Shown: positions 1-12,954, counted from the stretch's first letter. The stretch is 64,000 bases of DNA from Camelus dromedarius (GCF_036321535.1 NC_087437.1:90832001-90896000), one strand, 5' to 3'. Notes: a model not told the origin generated them from the letters alone. Translations and numbers: made by a program.

Positions 1-618
1 AGGGCTTGCTTCTCATGGATGAACAGAGAAAATGGTTTCTTGAGATGTTATATACTCCTGGTGAAGATGCTATGAAGATTGTTAAAATTACAACAAAGAA
101 TTCAGGCTATAACATACACTTAGTTGACAAAGCAGCAAGATTTGAGAGGATTGACTCCAATTTTGAAAGAAGTTCCACTGTGGATAAAATGCTGTCAAAC
201 AGTGTGCATGCTACAGAGAAATCATTCATGAAAGGAAGAGTCAATCAATGGGGCAAACTTAATTTTGTTGTTTTATTTTAAGAAATTGCCACAGCCACCC
301 CAACCTTCAGGAAGCTCCACCCTGATCAGTGAGCAGCCCCCAGTTATTGAGGCTCAGCCCTCCACCAGCAAAGAGATTACGACTCGCTGAAGGCTCAGAT
401 AATGGTTAGCAGTTTTTAACAATAAAGCATTTTTAAATTAAGGTATATACATCTTTTTCAGACATAATGCTATTTCAAACAATGTGCCACAGTATAGTGT
501 AAATATGACTTTTTTATGCACAGAGAAACTGAAAGATTTGTGTGACTTGCTTTTTTGTGATACTCACAGAATCATAGTGGTCTGGAACCAAACCCACAAT
601 ATCTCCAAGGTATGCCTA
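1..618 (+). mobile_element. Tigger1 (TcMar-Tigger) DNA transposon, 3' part with decayed transposase C-terminus and right TIR
   Basis: ORF 6-281 (LLLMDEQRKWFLEM..TPGEDA..LVDKAA.FERIDSNFERSSTV.KMLSNS) matches the Tigger1/TIGD1-type transposase C-terminus and then frameshifts. The element ends in a TIR-like ...ctccaaggtatgccta followed by TA. Confidence 0.92.
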
Positions 619-1521
619 TATATTAACTGGTTTAATTTTAAATAATGTGTTTAGAGAAAATAGGTTATATAAAAGCACCTCATTTATTGTGTGTGCATGG
701 AGTGTGTGTGTACTTATATATGTATATATAGAAAACATCTACATCAATTTTATCTATTTCTATAAATGGTAACTGTACCACAGTATTAATAGCAGTTATC
801 TTTGAAAAATGAGATACTAGATCTTTTTGTTTTAATTAACTTAATTTTCTGCTGTTTCTACAGTTAGGTACTATGTAGTGAATGGAATGAAACAAAAGAT
901 AAAAGAAAAATTTAACCTGATTCTCTAAAAGGAATATAAATAGTGTATACAATTCTTGGACAGAAGAATCATTTGTTACAGGATTTAATATATGAATACA
1001 TCTGTATTAAAATTATTAATAACATTTTCTAGCATAATTTTGGAATAATTAATATATTTATGCTAAAAATACTATACATTAGCAGAATATATCCAAAAAT
1101 TTTTTCAACCTTTTTTTCTATTTTTTATCAGATGATATTTATCATTTATGTATGTCTCATTAATTTATTGTTAAGTCACTTCCTGTTTTACTGATATTGT
1201 GGATATTTTATTTTGTAGTTACTGTGCATTGTAATTTTGCTAAACATTCCTTTCAGGCTAATATTTTATTCATAGTTTTGTTGTTCTTTATAAGCTTATA
1301 TATTTTTCAAATAATGTAATATTTATTATTTCTATTCTGTTCTTAAACCTATTTCTTTTTCTTTTCTCTAAGTATTGATTAAGACCTCTGGAAATATATT
1401 AAGCAGTATGGTGTTAAATTAAATAAGCATAATATTTATAAGTTTTTGTCTATAGATTTAAAGGTTTTATGAAAATACCTTTTATTTCATTTTAAAATCT
1501 CAGATAGTTGTTAAATGATAT

Positions 1522-1968
1522 TGTGTTTATTTTCTACATCTGCCATAAAATAGTACCACAAACTGAGTGACCTGAAACAACAAAACATTATTCTCTCTAG
1601 TTTTGGAGGCTAGAAGCCTGAAATCAAGATATTGGCAGGGCCATACTCCCTCTGAAAACTATTGGGAAGGATCTTTCTTTGCCTCTTCCTAGCTTTTAGC
1701 AGTGGTGATTCTTGGTTGATCGCTGCATCACTCTTCGGCATCATCATCTTTACTTCATTTATCACATGGTATTCTCCCTGTGTCTCTGTCTTCTCTTCTT
1801 ATAAGGACACCAGTCATCCTGGAGTAGGGCCCAACCTACTCCAGTATTACCTTGTCTTAATGTGATCACATCCACAAAGATGCTATTTCTACATAAGTTT
1901 ACATTCACATGTTCTGGAGATTAGGATTTCAACATTTCATTTGCAGGGGTACAATTCAATTCATAACA
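1522..1968 (-). mobile_element. MaLR solo LTR (MLT1B/C-like)
   Basis: TG...CA ends. Typical motifs ggaggctagaagcctgaaatcaag, cttataaggacaccagtcat, acaattcaattcataaca. 5-bp TSD gatat/gttat (1 mismatch). Confidence 0.88.
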
Positions 1969-2189
1969 GTTATTAACTTTTTTTTTGTATCTGTGAGATA
2001 ATGAAGAAGTCTTCTCTGACTATATTAGTATACAAAAATAGATTTTAAATGGAAAAAGATTAGCATAGGAAAAATGAGGTCATTTTATAATATAAAATAT
2101 AAATTCATTAGGAAGATACAAAAGTTTTAGTTTTTCTCATAAAAATAGGTGAATTTATATGATAATTTGTTTATGAGTTTTTTCAATCA

Positions 2190-2720
2190 TTTGAAATTTC
2201 TTGATGCTTTATGACCAGCATACAGTCAATTTTTAAAAAAAGTTTATATGTATTTGAGTTGTATGTGTATTATATACATATTAGATATAGTGATCTCTAG
2301 CTGTTATTTAGGACAAATGTGTTATTTAGGTTAAATGTGTTTAATGATCTATATTCATACTGACTTCTCATGATTGATTATCCTGTCAGTTACTGAAAGA
2401 TGCTTGTTACAATCTCATTATGATTATGAATTTGTCTATTTCCTACTTATCTTTTGAGCTATATCAAATTTGTGTTTTATATATTTTGCATACATGTTTA
2501 TAATTACTGTATTGTCCTGTAGATTAACTCATTAATATAAAATGTCCCTTTATATCTCTAGTAATGCTTCTTATCTTAAAGCTTATCTTGTCTGATATTA
2601 GTACAGGAGTACTAGCTTTCTTTTGATTAATATTTATAAGATCTATCTTTCTCCAAAATTTTATTTTCAACCATTCTTTCTCTTCATATTTAAGTTGTGC
2701 CTCTTTTAGATAATAATTTT
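2190..2720 (-). mobile_element. Old L1M ORF2 (endonuclease region) relic
   Basis: Antisense L1 motifs such as gaatttgtctatttc, cttaaagcttatcttgtctgatatta and ctagctttcttttgattaatattt. Boundaries approximate. Confidence 0.65.
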
Positions 2721-3268
2721 AAATTAAGTTTTAAATGAAATGCAGATTTCATCCTATAGACCAAGAAATGTAAAGTCTCTGTAGAATTCTCTAAACAAAA
2801 CTGAATACATACTGGTTGAAGAACATGGTTGTATGAGATAAAGATGAACTGATCAATACTTATTCAAATACTGTTGTCTCAGGTGACAAATAAATTTGAT
2901 TTCTTTTAGTAGTAATGAGTCATTTAGTAACAATATAATATGAGCTTTTATGAATATCTGTATTATTGTGAAAATGGGCAGGGAGATGAAATTGGTGCCA
3001 TTGAGACAAGTTAAGAACTACTGCGCTCCAAGATTAGGAGTGATTCTATTTTATTAAAGCACACTGGAAATGATTATGATCATTGTTAATAATGTGAAAG
3101 TAGAAGGACAGAAGAAATGATCACTAAATCCATCCTGATACAAAGGAAACAGAAAACAGAATGTGTCATACATACAGATTTTTTTTTCCAAATATTTAGC
3201 GATGAGTAGAAATGATGGTTTGGAATATGATAAGCAAAAGGTTTTAAGTTCAGTTTTAATCTGCTTAT

Positions 3269-3480
3269 TGTTGACTATAGGCTTACCACAGACAAGCAGA
3301 TCAAGCAAAGTTAAGTTTATTAGAATTCCTGCAATCAGGAAGTGCACTACCTTGACACTTAAGGGAGCCTTAGTGTTGCCTCAAAATCAAAGACATAAAA
3401 GAAGGCTATTTATAGGGTTTTAGGATGTGGGCTGTAGTATTTTAAGGTGACTTTTAGATGGGGAAAAGCCACCAACCATA
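3269..3480 (-). mobile_element. Ancient LTR fragment (LTR78/LTR79-like)
   Basis: Begins tgttgac. Antisense polyA signal (gtttatt) and antisense TATA (tatttatagggtttt) lie at LTR-like spacing, with a gcactaccttgaca motif. Confidence 0.4.
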
Positions 3481-5175
3481 GAGAAGAGAGGTCTTGAAGC
3501 AAATGCAGTGAACAGGCTATTAGTAAATGTCTAGTTCATTCACAGAAGTTACTGCAGTTCACTAGATGCATTTCTCATTATTTTAAGGCTTTTTCCTCCC
3601 AGGTGGATGCTGGTTCTCTGGCAAAAACAAAACAAACAAACTGAAAACAGCAAACACAAATAGAAGCAGATATATATGTTAAAATCAAACCAAACCAAAA
3701 ACCCACACATATGTTATTTTACAAAGAAAAGTCCTCCTATTACCAGAAACGACAATTAGTCTTTGAAAAGCCACGTTTGTCTTCCTCTGTTGAGATGTCA
3801 TAGAACAGAGAGAAGCCATGTGAACCTCAGAAAAGACATGAATTGGGAGCAAACTCTAATGGGGAAATAATAATGGAAAATAGTAAAATGGGACTAGGGA
3901 AATCCTGTAATATTTAACTGTGGATTCAATGTCTGCTTTATCTTCCCATTTGATTCTCAGGAATAGATTTAATGAATAGACAGGTTAAACTGAAAGTTAC
4001 AGGGCTTGATTTTTGAGACGACAGAAAGTTCTAACCCTTCCCAAACAATTCAGTTTTTCTCCTGTTCACCCTTATCTGGCCTTCCACACTACAGTCTCGT
4101 AATACAGAATATTGTCCTATTTGAAAGTACAACCACCAAGGAAAAATGACACTTTATGCTTTATGATTTCTTTATTTTAAAGTGAGAATGATTTTTTAAA
4201 CTCTTTTCTGATGGAAGTATGACAAATTTCTTCATAACCTAATAAGAGGGGTTCAAAATTTTTCAATCATACAAAAGACAGTGTCACATCACTTTAAGAT
4301 TAATACAGTAAATATTGTTCATTGTTCAGAGGTTTACTGTGTTAAAAATGGAGACATTCACTTATTTGTTTTCACTTGTTAAATCATTAAGAAATAAATC
4401 TTTTAGTGATCTCAGAATGTCAAAATTATCAGAGATAGTCACTTCTTAATCAGCCCCCAGAAGGCATGAACTTTGGTGTACCTAACTTTTGTTGGTAATG
4501 GGGTCTGGGAAGAGAAAAAATAAAATATCTAAATATACCCAAATTAAATTATTGTGGAGGTCTGTTGAGAACAGTTTAGCCACTAGCTTCATATCTTACT
4601 ATGAGAGAACTGCTTTACCCTTCTAGTCTTATATTCTTCATCCATAAAATGCTAATAGTGTGATAGATGCTGAGCAATAGAACATTTTCAATAATGCATA
4701 GAAGATCTTAGTTTTCAAATTCTTCTCCCTACTTCCATGTTAAACCCAAGTTTACTAAACCAATGGCTGGTATACTAAGTCCTGCTGCTTGTGTGTCCTG
4801 TTCTACAATTAGCAAAACCTCAGTTTCCACATACATTCTGAGATTTGGAAGCATGAATAACTTTCAGAACAAAACTAAATCTTGACGGACCTTCTCCAAC
4901 CAACCCATAAACAATCTTTGTGCTAATTATTCCTTCACAATATCATCTTGCACTGTTTACACATTCCAGAGATTTTAATAAAAGCTTAAATTAGTTGATT
5001 TTGATTTGGTTTTTCTCCTCCCACAGATTTAGTGCTTGGAAAATATTAATAAGGATAGAATATGTCAAAGACCTTTTGTTTATCTCCCTTAGTGTGGGCC
5101 TCTATGGCTGGAAAGTAGAGTAAGTTCTCCTGTCAGGTACTCTGCCCTTTTGTGTTAGGGTGCTGCCTTTATGTC

Positions 5176-5176
<1 letters not shown>

Positions 5177-5220
<44 letters not shown>
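5177..5220. repeat. (CAT)n microsatellite, ~14 units
   Basis: Perfect trinucleotide run. Explains the poly-Ile in ORF 5152-5349. Confidence 0.98.
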
Positions 5221-5464
5221 TCATTCTTGGATAAGAATCTTCTACTTTTTTTTTTCACTGCTAACGTGAGGCAGGAGTACAAGCATTTGATTATCAGGAG
5301 GTTACTAATATTTTTCATTTCCTACTACTGTAAGGCAATAGACAGCTGACAGTTGGGAAATCTACATCACACTAATACCATATTTGTACAGGTACTCATA
5401 GCCTCAATGATAAAATTTATAATTAAATTTTAAGAAGCTTTTGATATAAACAACTATGTTCATT

Positions 5465-5922
5465 TGAGAGGGACCTTAGGACAAAAATGGTAGAAACCCT
5501 TGTTTCCTATCGATATGAAAACTTTAATATAAATATGCACTGGCTTAATATGGTGATGAAGATTACATAGCCAAATCTTTTGAAAAGATAAATAACTTAA
5601 GAGAGGGATTAGTTTATTTAACTAAGCTAGAATAAATCTCTTCTGTTTCTCTAAGATCCCATTCATCTTTCCTAAAAATTATTTCCTTTTCTCTAAGAGA
5701 CCTGTATCCTCCCTCCTCCTTCCCCATTAGGGCACTATTTAATTCTGAATTCTAAAGCTACCTTTTTGGCTTGCATTTTTCCCTGGGTATCTCCTATGTA
5801 TACTTGTGGTATACATGCTAATAAACTCCTGTTGTTCCCTTTTGTTAATCTGTCTTTTATTACTGGATTCTGAGGAAACTACTCACAGAAGGTAGAGGGA
5901 AAATTATTTTTACTCCCCTATA
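5465..5922 (+). mobile_element. ERV1-class LTR (MER34/MER39-like)
   Basis: aataaa followed by ttttgttaatctgtctttt and the terminal agaaggtagagggaaaattatttttactccccta typical of this group. 5' boundary uncertain. Confidence 0.7.
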
Positions 5923-6181
5923 AGTACAACTATTAAGAAGACTTTATATATAAAACTCTTAGTCACCAGATAACAGGAAGATTGGCTTCTTCACCTTTTA
6001 AAAGGAAAAATAATAAAAATACGTTTGTTTCTTAATCTCCAAATTTTAAGTAACTCCTAATTATCGTGAGAATTCTGTCTTTACTAAACTTAAAAGAAGA
6101 ATCCAATGGACAATGAGAGGAATGCAATCCTTACAGTTTTATTATGTGAAGGTAAGATATATTAATATAAGTATGTTTCAA

Positions 6182-7076
6182 ACAAACAAACAAAATCTCA
6201 GTCCAGAAATGGGCAGAAGACCTAAACAAGCAATTCTGCAATGAAGACATACAGTGGCCAATAGGCACATCAAAAATACTCAATATCTCTAATTATCGGA
6301 GAAATGCAAATCAAAACTACAATGAGGTATCACCTCACACAAGTCAGAATGGCCATCACTGAAAACACCACAAAGGATAAATGCTAGAGAGGAAGCACAT
6401 TATGGAAAACAATATGGAGATAACTCAAAAAACTAAAAATAGACTTACCATATGATCCAGCAATCCCACTCCAGGGAATGTCTGGCGGGAACTCTAATTT
6501 GAAAAGATATATGTACCCCAGTGTTAATAGCAGCATTATGTGCAATAGCCAACACAGGGAAACCACATAAATGTCCATTGGCAAGTGACTGGATAAAAAT
6601 GTTATGGTAAATTTATACAAGGGAATACTACTCAGCCATAAAAAAGAATAAATTAATGCCATCTGCAAGCTACATGGATGAACCTGGAGATTGCCATTTA
6701 AGTAAAGACAGAAAAAAAAGAAAAATACCATATGATGTCACTCAAATGTGGAATCTTAAAAAAAGAAAAAAGATAATAATGAACTCATCTACAAAACAGA
6801 AACAGACTTGCAGACATAGTAAACAAACTTACGGTTACTGGGGGAAAGTGGGTAGGAAGGGATAAATTTGAGAGTTTGAGGCTTGCAAATATTAACTACT
6901 ATATATAAAAGTAGATAAAAACCAAATTTCTTTTGTATAGCACAGGGAGCTGTTTTCAGTATCCTATAATAACCTCTAATGAAAAAGAATATGAAAATGA
7001 ATATATGCATATATATGTATGACTGGGACGTTATGCTATATACTAGAAATGGGCACATTGTAGCTGACTGTATGTC
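6182..7076 (+). mobile_element. 5'-truncated L1 (ORF2 C-terminus + 3' UTR), no poly(A) tail
   Basis: L1 motifs aaatgggcagaagacctaaac and gatccagcaatcccactcc. Perfect 12-bp TSD agtatgtttcaa at 6170-6181 and 7077-7088. Confidence 0.93.
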
Positions 7077-8144
7077 AGTATGTTTCAATAATTGTATGCT
7101 TCTCAGGTTAAAAGCATACTCAAGTTCAACTACATCAAACTGGTACAAAAACTGTCTATAAGGTTAATTTTTATTTCTTAATATTAGTAACATCTCAAAC
7201 AAGGGCAGTTAGTGTCAATTGTTTATGTATGTTTTATTATTACATAAAAAGCCCTGGAGATTGGTCAATGTCCTCATGGTTTATTATACATGAATACTTC
7301 CAGAGTAATCATTGACTAAATCATTACAAATTAATAGTGTGTTATTCCTCAACAGAAGATTCCCTACTTCTCCATGTTTTTACTGCTGACTAACAAAATA
7401 GTAGAGGCTGATTGAGTAAAATCTTAAATCATCATCAGTAGGACAATTTCACTTAAATTTTTTGAGAATATTTCTAGCAGATGTTCCATTAGCCAAACTT
7501 ACAACTCTAACAGAATTGTGAAGGTGGAACATAAGTAAGAAGCAATGCATAAGGATTATATGAACATTTACAAATGTATTTTAAACAGTTGCCTTCATCA
7601 AATAGATTTGATGTCTTGGTTAGGACTAGGGAAGATATGTGGAGGATTAAGGAAACATTTCAGAGTCTATATCTGATTTTGCTTCATGTGTTCCTTAGCA
7701 GAGTGATCTATGTATTTACACTGCCCAGAGTCTTAAATACTTCTATGTAACTGCTAACTTCTAATTCAAGAGACGATTGCCACCAACATAAAAATCTAAA
7801 TACCAAATCTGAGCCATCTCAAAGGAATCTTAGCTTCCAAATGTTTCTCCTTACCCTTTATTCCGAAATCTAAATTAAGTAGCCAATAGATATAAAACTA
7901 AGGTCCCATCTTCCAGTTCCTACATGATTAACATAACTCATTTTCCCCACTCTTTCCAAGAATCTGAATAGTGAACAATTCTCAAAAAAAAGCGAATCTT
8001 TGAGTGATCCTCCCCAGTCAGCCTTGGAAAATCTTTCACCTACTTGCTTTCTATAGAACACTCATTTTAAGCTGTTTCTCATATTGCAACATTCTTTTTA
8101 AAAAAATATTTTTAAACAGTTTTAATGTCTTGAGTGCTTGAATG

Positions 8145-8315
8145 AGAAGCTTTAAGTCTTACCCTGTTTCTTCCTAGCTTTGTGTCTTCAGACAAGTCCT
8201 TTGGTCTTTCTGAAACATACTCTTTAATATGCATGTAATCATACCTTTCTCAAAAGATTATGAGCTTAGATGAAATAATGCATGGTAAAGTCTTGGTAAA
8301 GTTTACAAAAGATAT
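8145..8315 (+). mobile_element. MIR SINE relic
   Basis: MIR core-like cctagctttgtgtcttcagacaagtc...atgaaataatgcatggtaaagt. Confidence 0.55.
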
Positions 8316-8559
8316 GGCTTTTAAAAATACAGATTATTCATATGCTTTAAAATGTGTTCTTTTAGAATCATTTAACAAGCATCTTTGAAGTACATATTGC
8401 CAAGATATACAATATTCTCTGAGGAATCTTTAATTATTTATCAGTAAATTAAAATTTTCACTCTCTGTTTAATATAGTGACTAACTTAGTTTCTTCTGAA
8501 ATACCTTAAAATCTTTATTTTTCACATACTAAGTTTACTGGATTGAAATTGTCATTCTT

Positions 8560-8857
8560 TTTTTTTCTTTTTCAGTTTTATTAGATGGAATTATTACAAT
8601 TTGAATGCAGTACACATTATATTGGATGTAAATACATATATACAGTATACTGCACTTTTTTTTTTCAGTTTACATATATGTACACGTGCTTGATGGACAG
8701 GAGAGGGAAGAAAGACATCAGTCCGGAGGTGCATGTGGGAGGCCACCCCATGGGTGGCAGCCTGCCGGGCCTGGCTGGTGATCCTCCTGCAGGGGAGGGA
8801 GAGGAGAAGCAGGGGTTGGCGTGAAGGGATGGGGCGTGGGGCAGCTCTTCTTTGCAG
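8560..8857 (-). pseudogene. 5'-truncated processed retrocopy of an unidentified mRNA 3' UTR
   Basis: GC-rich island in AT-rich DNA. T-tract 8560-8572, AATAAA on the minus strand at 8577-8582, and a 7-bp direct repeat cattctt at 8553-8559 and 8858-8864 followed by AA (L1 endonuclease-like site). Confidence 0.75.
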
Positions 8858-8869
8858 CATTCTTAATAA

Positions 8870-9010
8870 ATGCTTGAGTTAATGACCTTCAGTTGTTTTT
8901 TCCTTCATTTTGTGTAATAATTACCTTACAGAATTGTAAATTAAAAAAATGTATATAGATTATTTAGCACAAAACACGCTTTATGGCATATCTTGCGTAA
9001 ATGGGCAGTA
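8870..9010 (+). mobile_element. MIR SINE relic
   Basis: Degenerate MIR 3' half (taataattaccttacagaattgt...atttagcaca). Confidence 0.4.
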
Positions 9011-10211
9011 ATACTGCTGCTGCCAGTAATTAAAACAACATTTATAGACTGATTTCATTGGATGATGTGATGATACTGATGAAGTCTAGGAAAGGCAAAC
9101 AGCAAATTATTGGGTAGCAACTCAGAACAATCAAAATGGAACAGTGAACTCTGTGAGGGTAGATCAAACAGAGAAAGAAGGCAACATTATCAAAAAATTA
9201 AAACATAAAACAACAGATTACTTAAGAGATTTCAAATTATTTTTTTCTTTAGTAATATCATAGTGTTACAAATTTCAGGTTGTTGTTTCTTTACTGACAC
9301 TCATTTCTAAATTGCTTACAGAAGTCTTTGAGGAGAGTAAATTTTATAGGTTTCTTGTTAGAGATTTCTATGTTAGACCACTAAAAACATACGAGGTCAT
9401 TTTTTGCCATATAAGCCTCTGACATTAAGATAAAATAACAACAGAGAATTTTTTTTCCCCTCACTGTAACAGGGAAAGTCTAAAAATGTGTAGTTTTGCC
9501 CCTTGATACCAAGTTTTGTCATGTTAAGTGAAGGGCTTCCACATTTTTGAGAAAATGCTTAGATTTAGAGAGTGGATTCATTTTTAAAGTACTCAGGGAA
9601 CTTAGTATGTGAAACTTTCAGTGAAACCACTGAAAGGCCAACCTTGCCTTAAGGGCACAGACCCATTAGCACTTGTTCAGGGTCCTGTTCTCTTCCCAGG
9701 AGAAGATCAGACTTGGCAAATAAAACATTGGTGGTCATTAATTCTTTGCATTTATAAGAGAAGTTGCTTCTGAACTTTATTCTTAACCCAATCCACTTGA
9801 GATCCAGATTTCTTAAGTGAATTGACCTTTAGTCTTGTAACCAGAGTCTTTACAGAACTGTATACTGGTTCATGTTTTAGAGAGGCTGAATCTGTTCTTA
9901 GTGGTTTTCTCTCTTGCTTTAAGAGGTAAAGAGAGTTAAAGTTTCCTAGGGCAAGCAGTTTTTAAAAGATGTAATTTTGTAATATGATTATCCAAAACTT
10001 TATTGGGCATTGTTTCCCGTATCTCTTTGTATTCTAAAGTAACTGAACCACATATCTAAATGATTGAATTAATTCAGATTATTTAAGTTACTCAGATAAA
10101 GCTGTTGGAAATTAACTATTATAAAACCCATGCTTGCAACATATTAAACAATAAGATATTTTTGTTTGTTTATAATATGTATAATAAATTCTGTTAGTGT
10201 TTTGTGGTCTC

Positions 10212-10720
10212 AACAACTTTTGTTAGCTTCTCCTGTACATCATCATAATTACCTCCTTTCGTGTAAATGCACACTATTCTTCCATTGAAAGATTGAGTTT
10301 TTTCCTCCATCTTTGAATGTAGGCTGACCTTAGTAACTTGTTTGACCAATGGATTCAGCAGAAGTGACACTGTAGCTAAGTCATAAGAATATTCACAACT
10401 TCTGCCTGGACCTCTTGGAATGCTTTTTCTTGGAAAACTTGTACTAAGAAACATCAGTCAGCATGTAAAATGTTGGAATACCTCAGGCCATGTTGAGAAA
10501 CTAAGAAACATCATGACACTAAACATATGAGTTAAAAAAAATCTTTTTTAAGTGTCTCTTCTAGCCTTAGCCATAGTAGCTGATGTTATATGAATCAGAG
10601 ATAAACTATTAATCAAAAACCATTTCTAATTCCTAAGCCACAAAATTATGAACAAAATTAAATAATTACATTAAGTCATTAATTTTTACAAAAGGTTTAA
10701 TGAAATTGATAGCTAGAAGA
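10212..10720 (+). mobile_element. MaLR 5' LTR (MLT1G/H-like)
   Basis: Motifs ctttgaatgtaggctgaccttagtaacttgtttgaccaatgg, cagcagaagtgacactg and cttctgcctggacctcttggaatgct. Directly followed by gaatttggca (MaLR internal start). Confidence 0.8.
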
Positions 10721-11420
10721 GAATTTGGCAGTTGAAATTAGTCTGATACTGTATCAAAAACTTAAAAACAAGTTGCATTGCTTTGAGATTGTTAGTCAGA
10801 AATTTATAGCATTTTAAGGATACTTTTGGTGATTATTTTGTAGATAAGTAAGGGAATTTTATTGGAGACTGGAGAAAAGAGGACTTTAATATGCAGTAGA
10901 AGAAGTTTTGGCAGTACTGTCACTTGTCATAAGGTGGAAAAAGAAAGGGTGAAAAATAAACTTGTTCTGACTTTGGAAATTTTCAAACAGTATCTAGAAT
11001 GTTCCAGTTTCTTTTCAAAATGGCTATGATAGAGAAGAGAGATTAATTAAAAACAGAGCTGTTTAGTTTTTGAGCAGAATTGAGAGGAGATATAAAAGAC
11101 CCAGGACTTGCTGGCATCAGAAATAAAACCAGCTTTCATCACCAGTACCTCTTAGCTAAAGATTCCCAAGGTAAGAAGTGGTCTCAAGGAAAGAATCAAA
11201 TCCAATGTGGTACCAATAAAGCAGGCTTCAGGGTCAGTTTCACAATAGTATGGCTCTAAGATGCTTGATACCTCAGAAAGATTTAAAGTCATACCTAATA
11301 GAGCTTCTAAGAATCTTACAAGAGTATTCTTAGACCCTTTCTGTCACAAAGGAGTGTCCCTAAGAATCTTTTTTTTTTTTTCTGCATCATTTAATTTTTT
11401 TTCCATTGCTGGAAGAGACC

Positions 11421-11876
11421 TTTTTTTTCAATTGAAGTATAGTCAGTTTAAAATGTTGTGTTAATTTCTGCTGTACAGCATAGTGATTCATTTACACATA
11501 TGCATATATATTCCTTTTCATATTCTTTTTCATTATAGGCTACTATAGGGTATTGAATATAGTTCCCTGTGCTATACAGTAGGACCTTATTGTTTATCTA
11601 TTTTATATACAGTAGTTAGTATCTGCAAATTCAGAACTCCCAATTTATTCCTCTCCACCCCCTTCCCTACCCCTCCCAGTAACCGTAAGTTTGTTTTCTA
11701 TGTCTGTAAGTCTGTCTCTGTTTTGTAAATAATTTCATTTGTGTCCTTTTTGTACATTCCACATATAAGTATAGCTTTTTCTTTCTCTTTCTGCCTTCAC
11801 TTAGTATTATGATCTCCAGGTCCATCCATGTTGCTGCAAATGGCATTATTCTTTTTTTATAGCTCAGTAGTATTCC

Positions 11877-11937
<61 letters not shown>

Positions 11938-12486
11938 GTATCTCACAACTTCTTTATCCAGTCATCTGTCAATGGACATTTAGGTTGCCTCCATGTCTTG
12001 GCTATTTTAAATAGTGCTGTTTATTAACATTAGGGTACATGTATCTTTTAGAATTAGAGTTTCCTTTGGATGAATGCCCAGGAGTGGGATTGCTGGATCA
12101 TAGGGTAAGTCTAATTTCAGTTTTTTAAGGAATAACCATACTGTTTTCCATAGTGGCTTTGCAACAAGATTGTAGGGAGATTCTCTTTTCTCCACACCCT
12201 CTCCAGCATTTACTGTCTGTGGGCTTTTTAATGATGGCTACTCTGAATGGTGTGAAATGATACTTAATTGTAGTTTTGATTTGCATTTCTCTGATAATTA
12301 GTGATGTGGAGCATTTTTTCATGTGCCTGTTGTCCATTGTATGTCTTCATTGGAGAAATGTTTGTTTAGGTCTTCTGCCCATTTTTTCATTGAGCTTTTT
12401 GGGTTTTTTTTCGTTATTGAGTTGTATGAGCTATTTGTATATTCTAGAAATTAAGTACTTGTCAGTCGCAATGTTTGCAAATATTT
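11421..12486 (-). mobile_element. 5'-truncated L1 (3' UTR + ORF2 C-terminus)
   Basis: T8 tail then caattgaagtatagtcag. ORFs 12007-12337(-) give L1 ORF2 C-terminal peptides ([29 protein letters not shown]). Confidence 0.95.
11879..11939. repeat. (TG)n microsatellite inside L1, ~30 units
   Basis: Near-perfect dinucleotide run with one interruption. Confidence 0.98.
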
Positions 12487-12954
12487 AAGGGCATGCCTCA
12501 TTAACCCTTTCAGCTAGACAAAAATACTTGAAAGAATCATAAAGGAAATAATGCATAGCAACTTGACTTTTGAGCCAAGGTACAGCAGTACCTATCTTTT
12601 GAAAAGAAATGTCGATATCATTTTTATATAATGGAATGGATTAAAATCTGATACCCTATAAAGCACACAAAGTCTTAAAAACATTGTATCAGCTTAGACT
12701 ACAAAAAATGGAGATAATATAAAATGCAAACAAGTCTTTGAGTCCGTAAACTTCTTTATGCAGGAAACAGGCTGAAAAAAATTTATTTCATTATGAACAG
12801 GGTCTATTTCTTATGGAAAAAAGGGCAGAAACAAGACCTCAGAGTGTGAACAAAGAGAGAGAGAAAATTACTGCCAGAACCCTAACCATAAAATTGGAGA
12901 CATGGATCAGGTTGGGGTGACTTTATTATGGAGAAAGAGAAAGAGGCTAATATA

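Larger units (their letters stand above)
10721..12920 (+). mobile_element. MaLR internal region (MLT1-int), interrupted by an L1
   Basis: Typical internal motifs (ttattggagactggagaaaagagga, gacccaggacttgctgg). The sequence resumes after the L1 at 12487 (aagggcatgcctc). Confidence 0.7.

Noticed and set aside
6..281. 91-aa ORF resembling TIGD1
   Set aside because: It is a frameshifted Tigger1 transposase remnant followed by the TIR, with no evidence of a domesticated gene.
8585..8860. Overlapping ORFs on both strands in the GC-rich island
   Set aside because: They are chance ORFs in a retroposed UTR fragment with no recognisable domain.
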